Source of the DNA: Dehalococcoidia bacterium
GTDB taxonomy: Bacteria > Chloroflexota > Dehalococcoidia > Lucifugimonadales > Australimonadaceae
DNA: 64,000 nucleotides
Assembly: GCA_022820645.1 (NCBI GenBank)
Contig: JAJEFD010000013.1
Location: 71,308 to 135,307 of the forward strand
Direction: 5' to 3'
In this document: in pieces, positions 55,738-64,000 of the stretch
Layout of the letters: each line of letters starts with the position of its first letter
Position numbering within the stretch: the stretch's first letter is position 1
Position numbers and translations under genes: made by a program
Notes under the pieces: model-generated
Databases searched by the model: none
Told to the model about the DNA's origin: nothing
What the model saw: the letters and a program-made list of their open reading frames with translations, nothing else

Positions 55738-56496
55738 TTACACGGCGATGCCGACGGCTGTGCCGATGCCGTAGGCGGCCGCGACGGCGATGCCCGCGAG
55801 GACGACCATCTCCGTGCCTTTGCGGAGCATGTTGCCCTGGCTGAGCGTGGCGCGCCACGCGCCGACGGTGAAGAGCGCAAGCCCACTCATGATGAACGTC
55901 GCGGCGAGCGCGGCGGCGCCCTCGGCGAAGAAGAACGGCAGCACCGGCACGATGGCGGCGAAGGCGAACGAGACGCCCATCACGCTTGCGGCGAGGTGCG
56001 GTTTCGGGGGCTTGCTGGGCAGGCCAAGCTCCTCGGTCATCATCAGTTTCACCCACTGGTCGTGGTCGCGGGAGACGGCGTCGACGACCTCGTCGAGGAG
56101 CGGGCCGGTGATGCCCTTGAGGCGGAAGATGCGGCGCGTCTCGGCGAGCTCGTGCTCGCGCATGTGCTCGATCTCCCAGAACTCGCGGGCCTCCTCGTAC
56201 TCGTGGAGCTCGCGCTGGCTCTTCGTGGAGACGTACGCGCCGAGCGCCATCGAGATGGTGCCTGCGACCATCCCTGCAACGCCGCCGAGGATGATGATGC
56301 CGGGGTCCGACGTGCCGCCCGCGACCGCGGCGACGAGGGCGGTGTTCGAGACGAGGCCGTCGTTCGCGCCGAAGACGACCTCCCGGACGGTCGCCCCTTC
56401 CGTGCGGTGGTGATGCTCTCCGTGCGCGTGAGTACCCAGGTTAAGGTTGATGGCACGGCGGATGCCGGTGAGAGCGGTCTGGATGAGCGTGGTCAT
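55738..56496 (-). CDS. VIT1/CCC1 family iron/manganese transporter
   Basis: VREVVFGANDGLVSNTALVAAVAG...MALGAYVSTKSQRE..., with C-terminal TM helices. 252 aa. Confidence 0.85.
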   Translation of the reverse strand: MTTLIQTALTGIRRAINLNLGTHAHGEHHHRTEGATVREVVFGANDGLVSNTALVAAVAGGTSDPGIIILGGVAGMVAGTISMALGAYVSTKSQRELHEYEEAREFWEIEHMREHELAETRRIFRLKGITGPLLDEVVDAVSRDHDQWVKLMMTEELGLPSKPPKPHLAASVMGVSFAFAAIVPVLPFFFAEGAAALAATFIMSGLALFTVGAWRATLSQGNMLRKGTEMVVLAGIAVAAAYGIGTAVGIAV

Positions 56497-56524
56497 GTCA
56501 GGAACAGCGTATCACCGACGGGCA

Positions 56525-57241
56525 TCACGGGTAGAGGCCGCCCTGCGGGAGGAGGAGCAGGTCCTCGACGACCTGCCTGTCCGAGAGCGTCATCGCGCTC
56601 ACGATGGCGTCGGCGACCTCGTCCACGGTGAGCATCTCCTCGCGCGGGAGCGGCGTGCTCATGCCCTCCCATATCGGCGTGTCCACGGGGCCGATGCAGG
56701 CGTTGACGACGCGCACGCCCTGCCGCCGCACCTCGGTCGTGAGGGCGCGCGCGAAGCCGGTGACCGCGTGCTTGGTCGCGCCGTAGCCGGTCATGCCCGC
56801 GAAGCCGCGATGCGCGACGACGGAGGAGACGATTACGATGCAGCCGGAGCCGCGCTCCAGCATGCCGGGCAGCAGCGCGCGCGTGGGGAAGAGGGTGCCG
56901 TTGACGTTCGTCTCCCACAACTCGCGCCAAGTCTCGTCGTCGAGCTCCGTGAGCGGCGCGGCCTTGAAGGCGCCTGCCGAGTTCACGAGGATGTCGACCC
57001 GTCCCAGCTCCCGCTCAGCGCGGGCGGCCATCGCCTGCACCGCTGCACTGTCGCGAACGTCGCAGGGGAGCGCGAGCCACGAGTCGTCGGGCCAGCCGGA
57101 GGCGGCCTCGCGCAGCCGCTCCTCGCTGCGTCCTACCAGTGCGACCCGCGCTCCCGCGTCGATCAGGCGACGGGCGACGGTCTTGCCGATGCCGCTCGAC
57201 GCGCCGGTGACGACGGCGGTCTTTCCCGCGAGGTCCATCAT
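56525..57241 (-). CDS. SDR family oxidoreductase
   Basis: MMDLAGKTAVVTGASSGIGKTVARRLIDAGARVALVGR, NSAG, YGATKHAV. Confidence 0.88.
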   Translation of the reverse strand: MMDLAGKTAVVTGASSGIGKTVARRLIDAGARVALVGRSEERLREAASGWPDDSWLALPCDVRDSAAVQAMAARAERELGRVDILVNSAGAFKAAPLTELDDETWRELWETNVNGTLFPTRALLPGMLERGSGCIVIVSSVVAHRGFAGMTGYGATKHAVTGFARALTTEVRRQGVRVVNACIGPVDTPIWEGMSTPLPREEMLTVDEVADAIVSAMTLSDRQVVEDLLLLPQGGLYP

Positions 57242-57313
57242 AGGGCGGGCTCCCAGTTCACCCTCACCGGCTGCCATGCGGCAGCTTCCTCTCCCCTTGT
57301 AGGGAGAGGGGAT

Positions 57314-57356
57314 CCGAGAGATCCCTCGACTCCGCTGCGCTCCGCTCGGGATGACA
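57314..57356 (-). repeat. type-E half-element (inverted orientation)
   Basis: ccgagagatccctcgactccgctgcgctccgctcgggatgaca. Confidence 0.85.
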
Positions 57357-57362
57357 AGGGGG

Positions 57363-57791
57363 TCACGGTGTCGTTCCGGCGGCGGGGTATTCGAAACGGT
57401 TGTTGCGGGTCTCGTCCACGATGACGCGCTCGAGGCGCCCCGCGAGGTGGCCGCTGAGGCGCTGCCATATCGTGCGGGCGATGTTCTCGCCGGTGGGGAC
57501 GAGATGGAAGTAGTCCTCGACATCCAGATTCAGGTAGCGGTGGTCGTAGAGGTCAAGGACGTTGCGCCTGACCGCATCGTCAAGCTCGGTGAGCGGCATG
57601 ACGAAGCCGGTGTCGGGGTCGACGGGGCCGCCGACGGTGACAGTGAGCCCGTAGTTGTGGCCGTGGCCGTTGGGGTTGGCGCACTTGCCGAAGATGGCCT
57701 CGTTCGCCTCGGGCGAGAGGTCATCCGCGTAGAGGCGGTGAGAGGCGGCGAAGGTGTAGCGCCGCGAGAGGTAGACGACGGGGGCGGTCAT
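57363..57791 (-). CDS. queD: 6-carboxytetrahydropterin / 6-pyruvoyl-tetrahydropterin synthase (QueD/PTPS) paralog 1
   Basis: FAASHRLY...FGKCANPNGHGHNY...YDHRYLNLD. ATGA overlap with the upstream paralog. Confidence 0.88.
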   Translation of the reverse strand: MTAPVVYLSRRYTFAASHRLYADDLSPEANEAIFGKCANPNGHGHNYGLTVTVGGPVDPDTGFVMPLTELDDAVRRNVLDLYDHRYLNLDVEDYFHLVPTGENIARTIWQRLSGHLAGRLERVIVDETRNNRFEYPAAGTTP

Positions 57792-58204
57792 ACAGTCGCT
57801 CCGTAATAGTCGACGTAGAGGTCGTCAGCCTCGTAGAGGCGGATGCGCGAGAGCGTTGCGCCATCGAGTGCGCCGTCGATCAGGTCCCAGAGCACGGCGG
57901 CGAGGTTCTCGGTAGTGGGCTGGCGGTCAGTGAACCACGGGGTGTCGAGGTTGAGGTGCTTGTGGTCGAAGTCGACGAGCACGCCCTCGACCGCAGACTT
58001 GAGATCGACGAGGTTGATGACCATGCCGGTGGAAGAGTCAGGTTCGCCTGAGACGGCGACCTCGAGCTTGTAGTTGTGGCCGTGGCCGTTGGGCAGCGCG
58101 CAGAGGCCGAAGACACGCCGGTTCTCCTCCTCGCTCCAGTCGTCGCGGTAGTAGCGATGGCTGGCGGAGAAGTCGAACCGGCGTGAGATGGTTACGGGGC
58201 CCAT
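57788..58204 (-). CDS. QueD/PTPS family paralog 2
   Basis: FSASHRYY...FGLCALPNGHGHNY...FDHKHLNLD. Confidence 0.85.
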   Translation of the reverse strand: MGPVTISRRFDFSASHRYYRDDWSEEENRRVFGLCALPNGHGHNYKLEVAVSGEPDSSTGMVINLVDLKSAVEGVLVDFDHKHLNLDTPWFTDRQPTTENLAAVLWDLIDGALDGATLSRIRLYEADDLYVDYYGATV

Positions 58205-58216
58205 GCGGGTGTCCGC

Positions 58217-58552
58217 TTACTTCACGTCACCGACGAGGACCTCACCGCCCTCGACCTTGCACTCGTAGATGGCGATGCTGTGGCCGTCGCCGCGGGCGGA
58301 CTTGCCGTCGCTTACGTTGAACTGCCATGCGTGCCAGGGGCACTCGATGACGCCGCCCTCGATCTTGCCCTCGCTGAGGGGGCCTCCGCTGTGGGGGCAG
58401 ACGTAGTTGGTGATGTGGAACTCGCCGTTCTCGTTCCAGACGGCCATGGGCTTGAGGCGCCATTTGCCCGCGGTGGGCCGGAAGTGGCGCGCCTCGCCGG
58501 GCTTGACGTCGTCCACGTTGCAGAGGGCTACGAATTCAGGCTGTTCGGTCAT
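58217..58552 (-). CDS. Rieske (2Fe-2S) ferredoxin-like protein (NirD-type)
   Basis: CPHSGGPLSEG...CPWHAWQF. 111 aa. Confidence 0.85.
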   Translation of the reverse strand: MTEQPEFVALCNVDDVKPGEARHFRPTAGKWRLKPMAVWNENGEFHITNYVCPHSGGPLSEGKIEGGVIECPWHAWQFNVSDGKSARGDGHSIAIYECKVEGGEVLVGDVK

Positions 58553-58679
58553 GGTACCTCCCCTGAAGCGCCAGGTTGTGGGAGCGAGTGTAGCACTCGC
58601 GGGGCGGGAGTGGCATGGACAGGCAGTCGAAGAGCTGCTGCGCTTGTACGATACGATACAATCGACACCGGAGGGCGGG

Positions 58680-58985
58680 ATGGACGAGCAGCAGTTGCCT
58701 GAACCAACAGCAGTGGAAGCACGCGACGGCTACCGGATATGGCTCCGGTACAGCGACGGCGCATCCGGTGAGGTTGACCTGTCACATCTCGCAGGCAAGG
58801 GCGTGTTCGCCGCATGGCACGACCGCTCCTTCTTCGAAGAGGTTCGTATCACGCCGCACTGCTCCATCGCCTGGGGAGCGGGCGACGACCTCGAGATCTG
58901 TCCCGACGCGCTCTACATGGAGATCACGGGCAAGACCGTGGACGAGCTTATGCCGGGGTTGCAGAGCCTCACAACCAATGTCTGA
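58680..58985 (+). CDS. DUF2442 domain protein
   Basis: AVEARDGYRIWLRYSDGASGEVDLS...ITPHCSIAWGAGDDLEICPDALY is a typical DUF2442 pattern. ATG 58680 lies within track ORF 58407..58985. Confidence 0.75.
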   Translation: MDEQQLPEPTAVEARDGYRIWLRYSDGASGEVDLSHLAGKGVFAAWHDRSFFEEVRITPHCSIAWGAGDDLEICPDALYMEITGKTVDELMPGLQSLTTNV

Positions 58986-59238
58986 ACTCTGCCGGTTCTA
59001 CGGAATCGTCATCCATATGTACTACAACGACCACGGCCCTCCTCACTTCCATGCGACTTATCAGGGAGCGAGGGCGGCAGTCGATATCAACACCCTCGCC
59101 TTTGGACCCGGACATCTGCCCACACGGGCACGCCGACTGGTTGCCGAATGGGCCTCGCTGCACCGGCAGGAGTTACGTGCCGCGTGGGAGCGGATCGAGC
59201 GAGCGGAGTCACCCGGTTCTATCGACCCCTTGCCGTAG
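58978..59238 (+). CDS. DUF4160 domain protein
   Basis: MSELCRFYGIVIHMYYNDHGPPHFHATYQGARAAVDINT, the DUF4160 hallmark (HxPPHFHA). It overlaps the DUF2442 gene by 8 nt. Confidence 0.8.
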   Translation: MSELCRFYGIVIHMYYNDHGPPHFHATYQGARAAVDINTLAFGPGHLPTRARRLVAEWASLHRQELRAAWERIERAESPGSIDPLP

Positions 59239-59246
59239 CACCATCC

Positions 59247-60428
59247 CTACAGCACGGGGCGAACGGCTGCAGCAGCCCGGCGGGCTTTGGCGCGGGCGTC
59301 GTCGACGGTTGCGCCGAGGGCGAGGGCGACGCCCATGCGTCGGTGGCCGGCGACCTCCGGTTTGCCAAAGAGGCGTAGGACGGTGTCGGGCTCGGCCAAG
59401 GCTCCATCCAGCCCCTCGTAGGTGACGGACGAGGATGTACCGTCCACGAGCAGGGCGCAGGAGGCGGCGGGGCCGAGCTGGCGTATGGCGGGGACGGGCA
59501 GGCCGAGGATGGCGCGGACGTGCAGGGCAAACTCAGAGAGGTCCTGCGAGGCGAGCGTCACCATGCCGGTGTCGTGGGGGCGGGGCGAGACCTCGCTGAA
59601 CCAGACGTCGTCACCCTTGATGAAGAGCTCGACGCCGAAGATGCCCGTCCCGCCGAGCGCGCCGGTGACAGCCTCGGCGATGCGTTGTGACTCTGCCAGC
59701 GCGCCGGGCGTCATGGGCTGGGGCTGCCATGACTCGCGGTAGTCGCCGTCCACCTGCAGGTGGCCGATCGGCTCGCAGAACGACGTCCCGCCCGCGTGGC
59801 GCACGGTGAGGAGCGTGATCTCGTAGTCGAACGGGACGAAGCCCTCGACGATGACGCGGGCGCTGTCACCGCGAGCGTTCTCGATGGCATAGCGCCACGC
59901 GGGGGCGATGTCGTCAGCAGTGCGCAGCACGCCCTGGCCGTGGCCGGAGGAGCTCATCGCGGGCTTCACGATGGCGGGCAGGCCGATGGCGTCGACGGCG
60001 TCACGTACCTCCTGCTCGCTGTCTGCAAAGCGGTAGGGCGAGGTGCGGAGCCCGAGCTCCTCGGCGGCGAGGCGGCGGATGCCCTCCCGGTCCATGGTGA
60101 GGCGCGCCGCTCGTGCGGTGGGGATGACGCGCCAGCCCTCGCTCTCCAGCTCGACGAGCGTTGGGGTCGCGATGGCCTCTACCTCGGGCACGATGAGATG
60201 GGGGCGTTCGCTCTCGACGACGCTGCGGAGAGCATCGCCGTCCAGCATCGAGAAGACGTGGGCCCGGTGCGCGACCTGCATCGCGGGGGCGTTGGCATAG
60301 CGGTCGGCGGCGATGACCTCGACGCCAAGGCGCTGCGCCTCGATGGCGACCTCCTTGCCCAACTCGCCGGAGCCGAGCAGCAGGAGGCGCGTCGCCGTCG
60401 GGGAGAGCGGTGTGCCGATGGACGCCAT
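59247..60428 (-). CDS. purT: formate-dependent phosphoribosylglycinamide formyltransferase
   Basis: [43 protein letters not shown]..., an ATP-grasp body. The start is at MASIGTP (ATG 60428). Confidence 0.92.
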   Translation of the reverse strand: MASIGTPLSPTATRLLLLGSGELGKEVAIEAQRLGVEVIAADRYANAPAMQVAHRAHVFSMLDGDALRSVVESERPHLIVPEVEAIATPTLVELESEGWRVIPTARAARLTMDREGIRRLAAEELGLRTSPYRFADSEQEVRDAVDAIGLPAIVKPAMSSSGHGQGVLRTADDIAPAWRYAIENARGDSARVIVEGFVPFDYEITLLTVRHAGGTSFCEPIGHLQVDGDYRESWQPQPMTPGALAESQRIAEAVTGALGGTGIFGVELFIKGDDVWFSEVSPRPHDTGMVTLASQDLSEFALHVRAILGLPVPAIRQLGPAASCALLVDGTSSSVTYEGLDGALAEPDTVLRLFGKPEVAGHRRMGVALALGATVDDARAKARRAAAAVRPVL

Positions 60429-60435
60429 GCGCGGG

Positions 60436-61428
60436 TCAGGACTCGTAGCGGATCTTGTCGAGGCGGTCGAAGTTGTGGATGGCGTCGATCCAGCGGATGG
60501 TGCCGGAGCGGGAGCGCATGACGAGCGACTGCGTGGTCGCGCGGCCTGAGGAGAAGCGGACGCCGCGGAGGAGTTCGCCGGTACTCGCGCCGGTGGCGGC
60601 GAAGAAGACGTCCTCTCCGCCAACGAGCTCCATGGTGTCGTAGACGTGGTCGACGTCGGTGCCGCGCTCGATGGCGGCCTGCCGCTCCTCATCGTTACGC
60701 GGCCAGGGCTTGCACTGGATAGCGCCGCCGGTACAGCGCACGGCAGCAGCAGCGAGGACGCCCTCCGGAGAGCCGCCGACACCCATAGCAGCCTGGATGG
60801 GGCCGTCCGGCAGCGCAGCCTGGATGACGGTGGCGATGTCTCCGTCCGGCACGAGCTTCACGCGCGCCCCCACGGAGCGTATCCGCCTGAGCAGTTCCTC
60901 GTGACGAGGGCGGTCCAGCACGCCGACGGTGATCTCCCTCATCGAGCGTCCGAGCGCCTTGCCGATGTTGGCGAGGTTGGTCTCGACCGGGGCCTCGATG
61001 TCGATCACGCCGGCAGCGCCGGGGCCGACGGCGATCTTGTCCATGTAGAAGATGTCGGCGGGGACGTGCATGGTCCCCCGGGGGGAGAGGGCGATAGTCG
61101 CGATGGCGCCCGGCATGCCCTTGGAGAGGAGCGTGGTGCCGTCGATGGGGTCAACGGCGATGTCCACGCGGGGGTCGGAGCCGTCGCCGATCTGCTCGCC
61201 GATGTAGAGCATGGGCGCTTCGTCCTTCTCACCTTCGCCGATGACGACGATGCCGTCCATGCTGACACCGTCCAGCGTGTGGCGCATGGCGTCGACGGCG
61301 GCCTGGTCGACCATCTCCTTGTCACCGAAGCCCATGTGGCGTGCGGCGGACATGGCGGCGGCCTCGGTGACGCGGACGAGCTCCATGGCGAGGTTGCGCT
61401 CGATGGGTTGGCGTGTTCGTTCTGTCAT
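60436..61428 (-). CDS. glpX: class II fructose-1,6-bisphosphatase
   Basis: [37 protein letters not shown]...[13 protein letters not shown]...DPIDGTT. Confidence 0.93.
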   Translation of the reverse strand: MTERTRQPIERNLAMELVRVTEAAAMSAARHMGFGDKEMVDQAAVDAMRHTLDGVSMDGIVVIGEGEKDEAPMLYIGEQIGDGSDPRVDIAVDPIDGTTLLSKGMPGAIATIALSPRGTMHVPADIFYMDKIAVGPGAAGVIDIEAPVETNLANIGKALGRSMREITVGVLDRPRHEELLRRIRSVGARVKLVPDGDIATVIQAALPDGPIQAAMGVGGSPEGVLAAAAVRCTGGAIQCKPWPRNDEERQAAIERGTDVDHVYDTMELVGGEDVFFAATGASTGELLRGVRFSSGRATTQSLVMRSRSGTIRWIDAIHNFDRLDKIRYES

Positions 61429-61552
61429 TGCGGGTCGATCCTCCGGGTTGCGATGGGGCGCGGTGAGATTCTAGCAGCGGGGCGGCGGGGATGCCGTATA
61501 CTCCGCGCGGGCGCCCCCGGAACCGAACCCTTCGCGGCAGGAGGACGGGAGC

Positions 61553-62374
61553 ATGTGCACGACTATCAAACACACGTTCCACCTGATGAAGATGAGTTGG
61601 GACGTGCTGATGCTGGACAAGGAGTTGCTGCTGTTCCCGGTGTTCTCGGCGATATCCCTGCTCATCCTGGTCATCGTGTTCGGCGGGCTGGGACTGTTGG
61701 GAGAGATCACCGGCGGAGACGGCACGACCACCGCCGAGAGTTCACTCCAGGCGGGGATGGTGATCTTCGTGGTGCTGGCGTACATCATCACGACGTTCTT
61801 CAACGCCTCGCTGGTGTCGGCGGCGCTGGAGCGGCTGCGCGGAGGCGACCCCGACGTGGGTTCCGGCCTGCGCCACGCGCTGAAGCACGCGCATCACCTC
61901 GTGCTGTGGGCGATCATCACGGCAACCGTCACCATCGTCCTGGCCGCCCTCCGGGCGGCGGCGAAGCGGTTCCCCATCGCACAGATCCTGCTGCGGATGG
62001 TTGGCGGGGTCTGGGAGTTCCTGACGTTCTTCGTGGTGCCGGTGATCGTCGCGGAGGAGCAGGGGCCCATCAGCGGCATCAAGCGCTCGGCGAGTATCGT
62101 GCGCCAGACGTGGGGGCGGCAGATCACCGCGAGTTTCAGTTTCATCATCTTCTACTTCGTGGCGGGGGTCATCGCCATCGTACCCGCGGTGTTGGTGGGG
62201 CTGGTCAACGTCGGCGCGGGCATCCTGCTCGGCGTCGTGCTGATGGCAACCGCACTGACCGTCGTGCAGACGCTGGAGGGCATCTTCAAGGCGGCGCTAT
62301 ACGACTACGCGGTGGGGCAGCAGCCGCAGGGGTTCGACCTGCCGACGCTGCAAATGGCGTACCGTCCGGCGTAG
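61553..62374 (+). CDS. DUF6159-like membrane protein
   Basis: FHLMKMSWDVLMLDKELLLFPVFSAISLLILVIVF plus further TM segments. Family call from memory. Confidence 0.65.
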   Translation: MCTTIKHTFHLMKMSWDVLMLDKELLLFPVFSAISLLILVIVFGGLGLLGEITGGDGTTTAESSLQAGMVIFVVLAYIITTFFNASLVSAALERLRGGDPDVGSGLRHALKHAHHLVLWAIITATVTIVLAALRAAAKRFPIAQILLRMVGGVWEFLTFFVVPVIVAEEQGPISGIKRSASIVRQTWGRQITASFSFIIFYFVAGVIAIVPAVLVGLVNVGAGILLGVVLMATALTVVQTLEGIFKAALYDYAVGQQPQGFDLPTLQMAYRPA

Positions 62375-62387
62375 CGGCGCGGACGCG

Positions 62388-63419
62388 GTGCGGATAGCGC
62401 AGATCACGAGCGTCTACATCCCCGTGCCGCCGCCTACGCACGGGGGCACGGAGATGATGGTCTCTCATCTCACGGAGGAACTCGTGCGGCGCGGACACGA
62501 CGTGCGGCTCCACGCCTCCGGCGACTCCTCGACGGCCGCGTCGCTGCACGCAGTGACGGAGCGCGCGACGCTCGACGAGCCGGACGTGACGCTGTACATC
62601 GAGAAGGAGCTGGAGGCGCGCAACGCGTTCGAGGCGTACCGGGGCGCGGGGGAGGTGGACGTCGTCCACGCGCACTGGCCGGTGCTCGCGCAGTACTTCG
62701 CGCCCTTCACGGCAACACCGACGCTGCTGACGTACCACTACATCGAGCGTCACCTGCACGAGTACTACCGGCGGGAGATGCCGGACCTGCGCCCGGTGTG
62801 CGTGAGCCGCAGGCAGGCGGAACTGCTGGGCGAGCCTGACCTGCCGGTGGTCTACAACGGGCTGGACATCGAGCGCATCCCATTCGGGGCAACAGCGGAT
62901 GATTACCTCGTGCTCGTGGCGCGCATGACACCCACGAAAGGCATCGTCGAGGCGATACGCATCGCGCGGGCGGCTGGCGAGCGCCTCGTGCTCATCGGGC
63001 CGGTGTCGCGCTACCTGCCGTGGAGCCGCGCGTTCTACGAGGAGGAGGTGCTGCCGCACGTCGACGACGACCACGTGAGCCACGTCGAGGAAGCGCCGAA
63101 CGCGGAGGTGCTCGGTATCGTGTCGCGGGCGAAGGCGTTCCTCTTCCCACTGCAGTGGGAAGAGCCGTTCGGACTCGCAGCGGCAGAGGCGATGGCGTGC
63201 GGGACGCCGGTGGTCACCTACCCGCGCGGGGCCATGCCAGAGCTGGTGGCGGACGGCGTGTCGGGGTGCATCGCGGAGTCGGAGGATGAGGCCGTCGCGG
63301 CCATCGCGCGGGCGTCCACGCTTGATCGGCGCGAGGTGCGGTCGCACGTCGAGGGTCGGTTCACGGTGGAGCGCATGGTAGACGGCTACGAGGCGCTGTA
63401 CCGGGAGTGCGTGGGGTAG
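62388..63419 (+). CDS. GT4 family glycosyltransferase
   Basis: GTG start. RIAQITSVYIPVPPPTHGGTEMMVSHLTEELVRRGHDV...EEPFGLAAAEAMACGTPVV. Confidence 0.85.
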   Translation: MRIAQITSVYIPVPPPTHGGTEMMVSHLTEELVRRGHDVRLHASGDSSTAASLHAVTERATLDEPDVTLYIEKELEARNAFEAYRGAGEVDVVHAHWPVLAQYFAPFTATPTLLTYHYIERHLHEYYRREMPDLRPVCVSRRQAELLGEPDLPVVYNGLDIERIPFGATADDYLVLVARMTPTKGIVEAIRIARAAGERLVLIGPVSRYLPWSRAFYEEEVLPHVDDDHVSHVEEAPNAEVLGIVSRAKAFLFPLQWEEPFGLAAAEAMACGTPVVTYPRGAMPELVADGVSGCIAESEDEAVAAIARASTLDRREVRSHVEGRFTVERMVDGYEALYRECVG

Positions 63420-63490
63420 CGAGGGGCGCCCTTCGTGGGCGCCCCTACATCACAGGACGGTGCGCGTTCAGCCGACGCCGGAGGGGGTCC

Positions 63491-64000
63491 CTACTCCATG
63501 TCGGGGGAGTAGGCGCCCTGGCGGGCGGCGCTGGTGAGTCTGCAGCGGTGGAGGTACGCCTTCTGGGCGGCGGGGACGTTGGCGGGGTCGCCGAGCCAGG
63601 TGTTGAGCGGGAGGGCCTGCAGACCGCGTCCGAAGGAGTAGCTCAGCTCCCACGGCGCGTTGACCGCTGCGCCACGGCGGGCGATCTCGTGCATGTTGAG
63701 CGTGGCCTCGTCGTCCGGCTGGCCGCCCGAGAGGAAGACGATGCCCGGCACGGCGGCGGGGACGCTTCGCATGAAGGCGTCGACCGTCCTGACGGCGACC
63801 TCGGTGGCCGGGGCGCGGTCGGACGCAGTCGAGCCAGAGGTGACCATGTTGGGCTTCAGAAGCGTCCCTTCGAGCGCAACGTCGTAGAGCGCGAGCGCGC
63901 TGTAGACCTCGCGGAGCGTCCACTCGGTTATCTCCTGGTCCGCCTCGATGGTGTGGTCGCCGTCGATGAGCACTTCGGGTTCGACGATGGGGACGAGTCC
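63491..64000 (-). CDS. class I fructose-bisphosphate aldolase (C-terminal part; gene runs off the right edge)
   Basis: The reading frame is open to the window edge (GLVPIVEPEVLIDGDH...). The Schiff-base region LEGTLLKPNMV is present, and the frame ends ...GAYSPDME. Confidence 0.85.
   Translation of the reverse strand, partial: GLVPIVEPEVLIDGDHTIEADQEITEWTLREVYSALALYDVALEGTLLKPNMVTSGSTASDRAPATEVAVRTVDAFMRSVPAAVPGIVFLSGGQPDDEATLNMHEIARRGAAVNAPWELSYSFGRGLQALPLNTWLGDPANVPAAQKAYLHRCRLTSAARQGAYSPDME

Overview
High-G+C bacterial chromosomal window (by eye about two-thirds G+C, not computed). It is densely coding: I support about 69 CDS and 2 tRNAs, with no rRNA and no CRISPR. The left end carries a conserved nusA-ylxR-infB-rbfA-truB operon on the minus strand, without rimP, followed by a PimA-like glycosyltransferase and a CDP-alcohol phosphatidyltransferase. 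The rest mixes housekeeping genes (rarA, lspA, rluD, gltX + tRNA-Gln, tRNA-Glu, purT, glpX, class I FBA, moaD-moaE fusion, yajQ, a DEAD-box helicase) with a large accessory or catabolic repertoire. That repertoire includes two Rieske oxygenases, four amidohydrolases (two of them a recent tandem duplicate), four SDRs, PrpD-like, HyuB, cyclase, TctA, VOC, MBL and alpha/beta hydrolase genes. Almost every intergenic gap is filled with short palindromic REP/MITE-like repeats of at least six families. These repeats create many spurious or over-extended ORFs in the six-frame track, with recurring peptides such as VIPAKAGIQ, CHAERSAAESKHP, VGASLVGAL, SPLKGEG and [13 protein letters not shown]. The items most worth a second look are:
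- a self-contained promoter / SD / 23-codon ORF / structured RNA / terminator unit in a convergent gap (20481-20890);
- an orphan phage terminase large subunit carrying an in-frame 105-nt MITE;
- a low-GC RNase HI fused to HEAT repeats next to tRNA-Glu;
- a plant-type LRR protein whose lipoprotein signal peptide sits one frame off;
- a bacterial ERG4/ERG24-type sterol reductase homologue;
- a Rieske / tandem-PTPS operon.
I found no multi-gene system that I can confidently call new. The taxonomic guess (Chloroflexota-like, possibly host-associated, because of the eukaryote-like LRR and the repeat style) is inference only.
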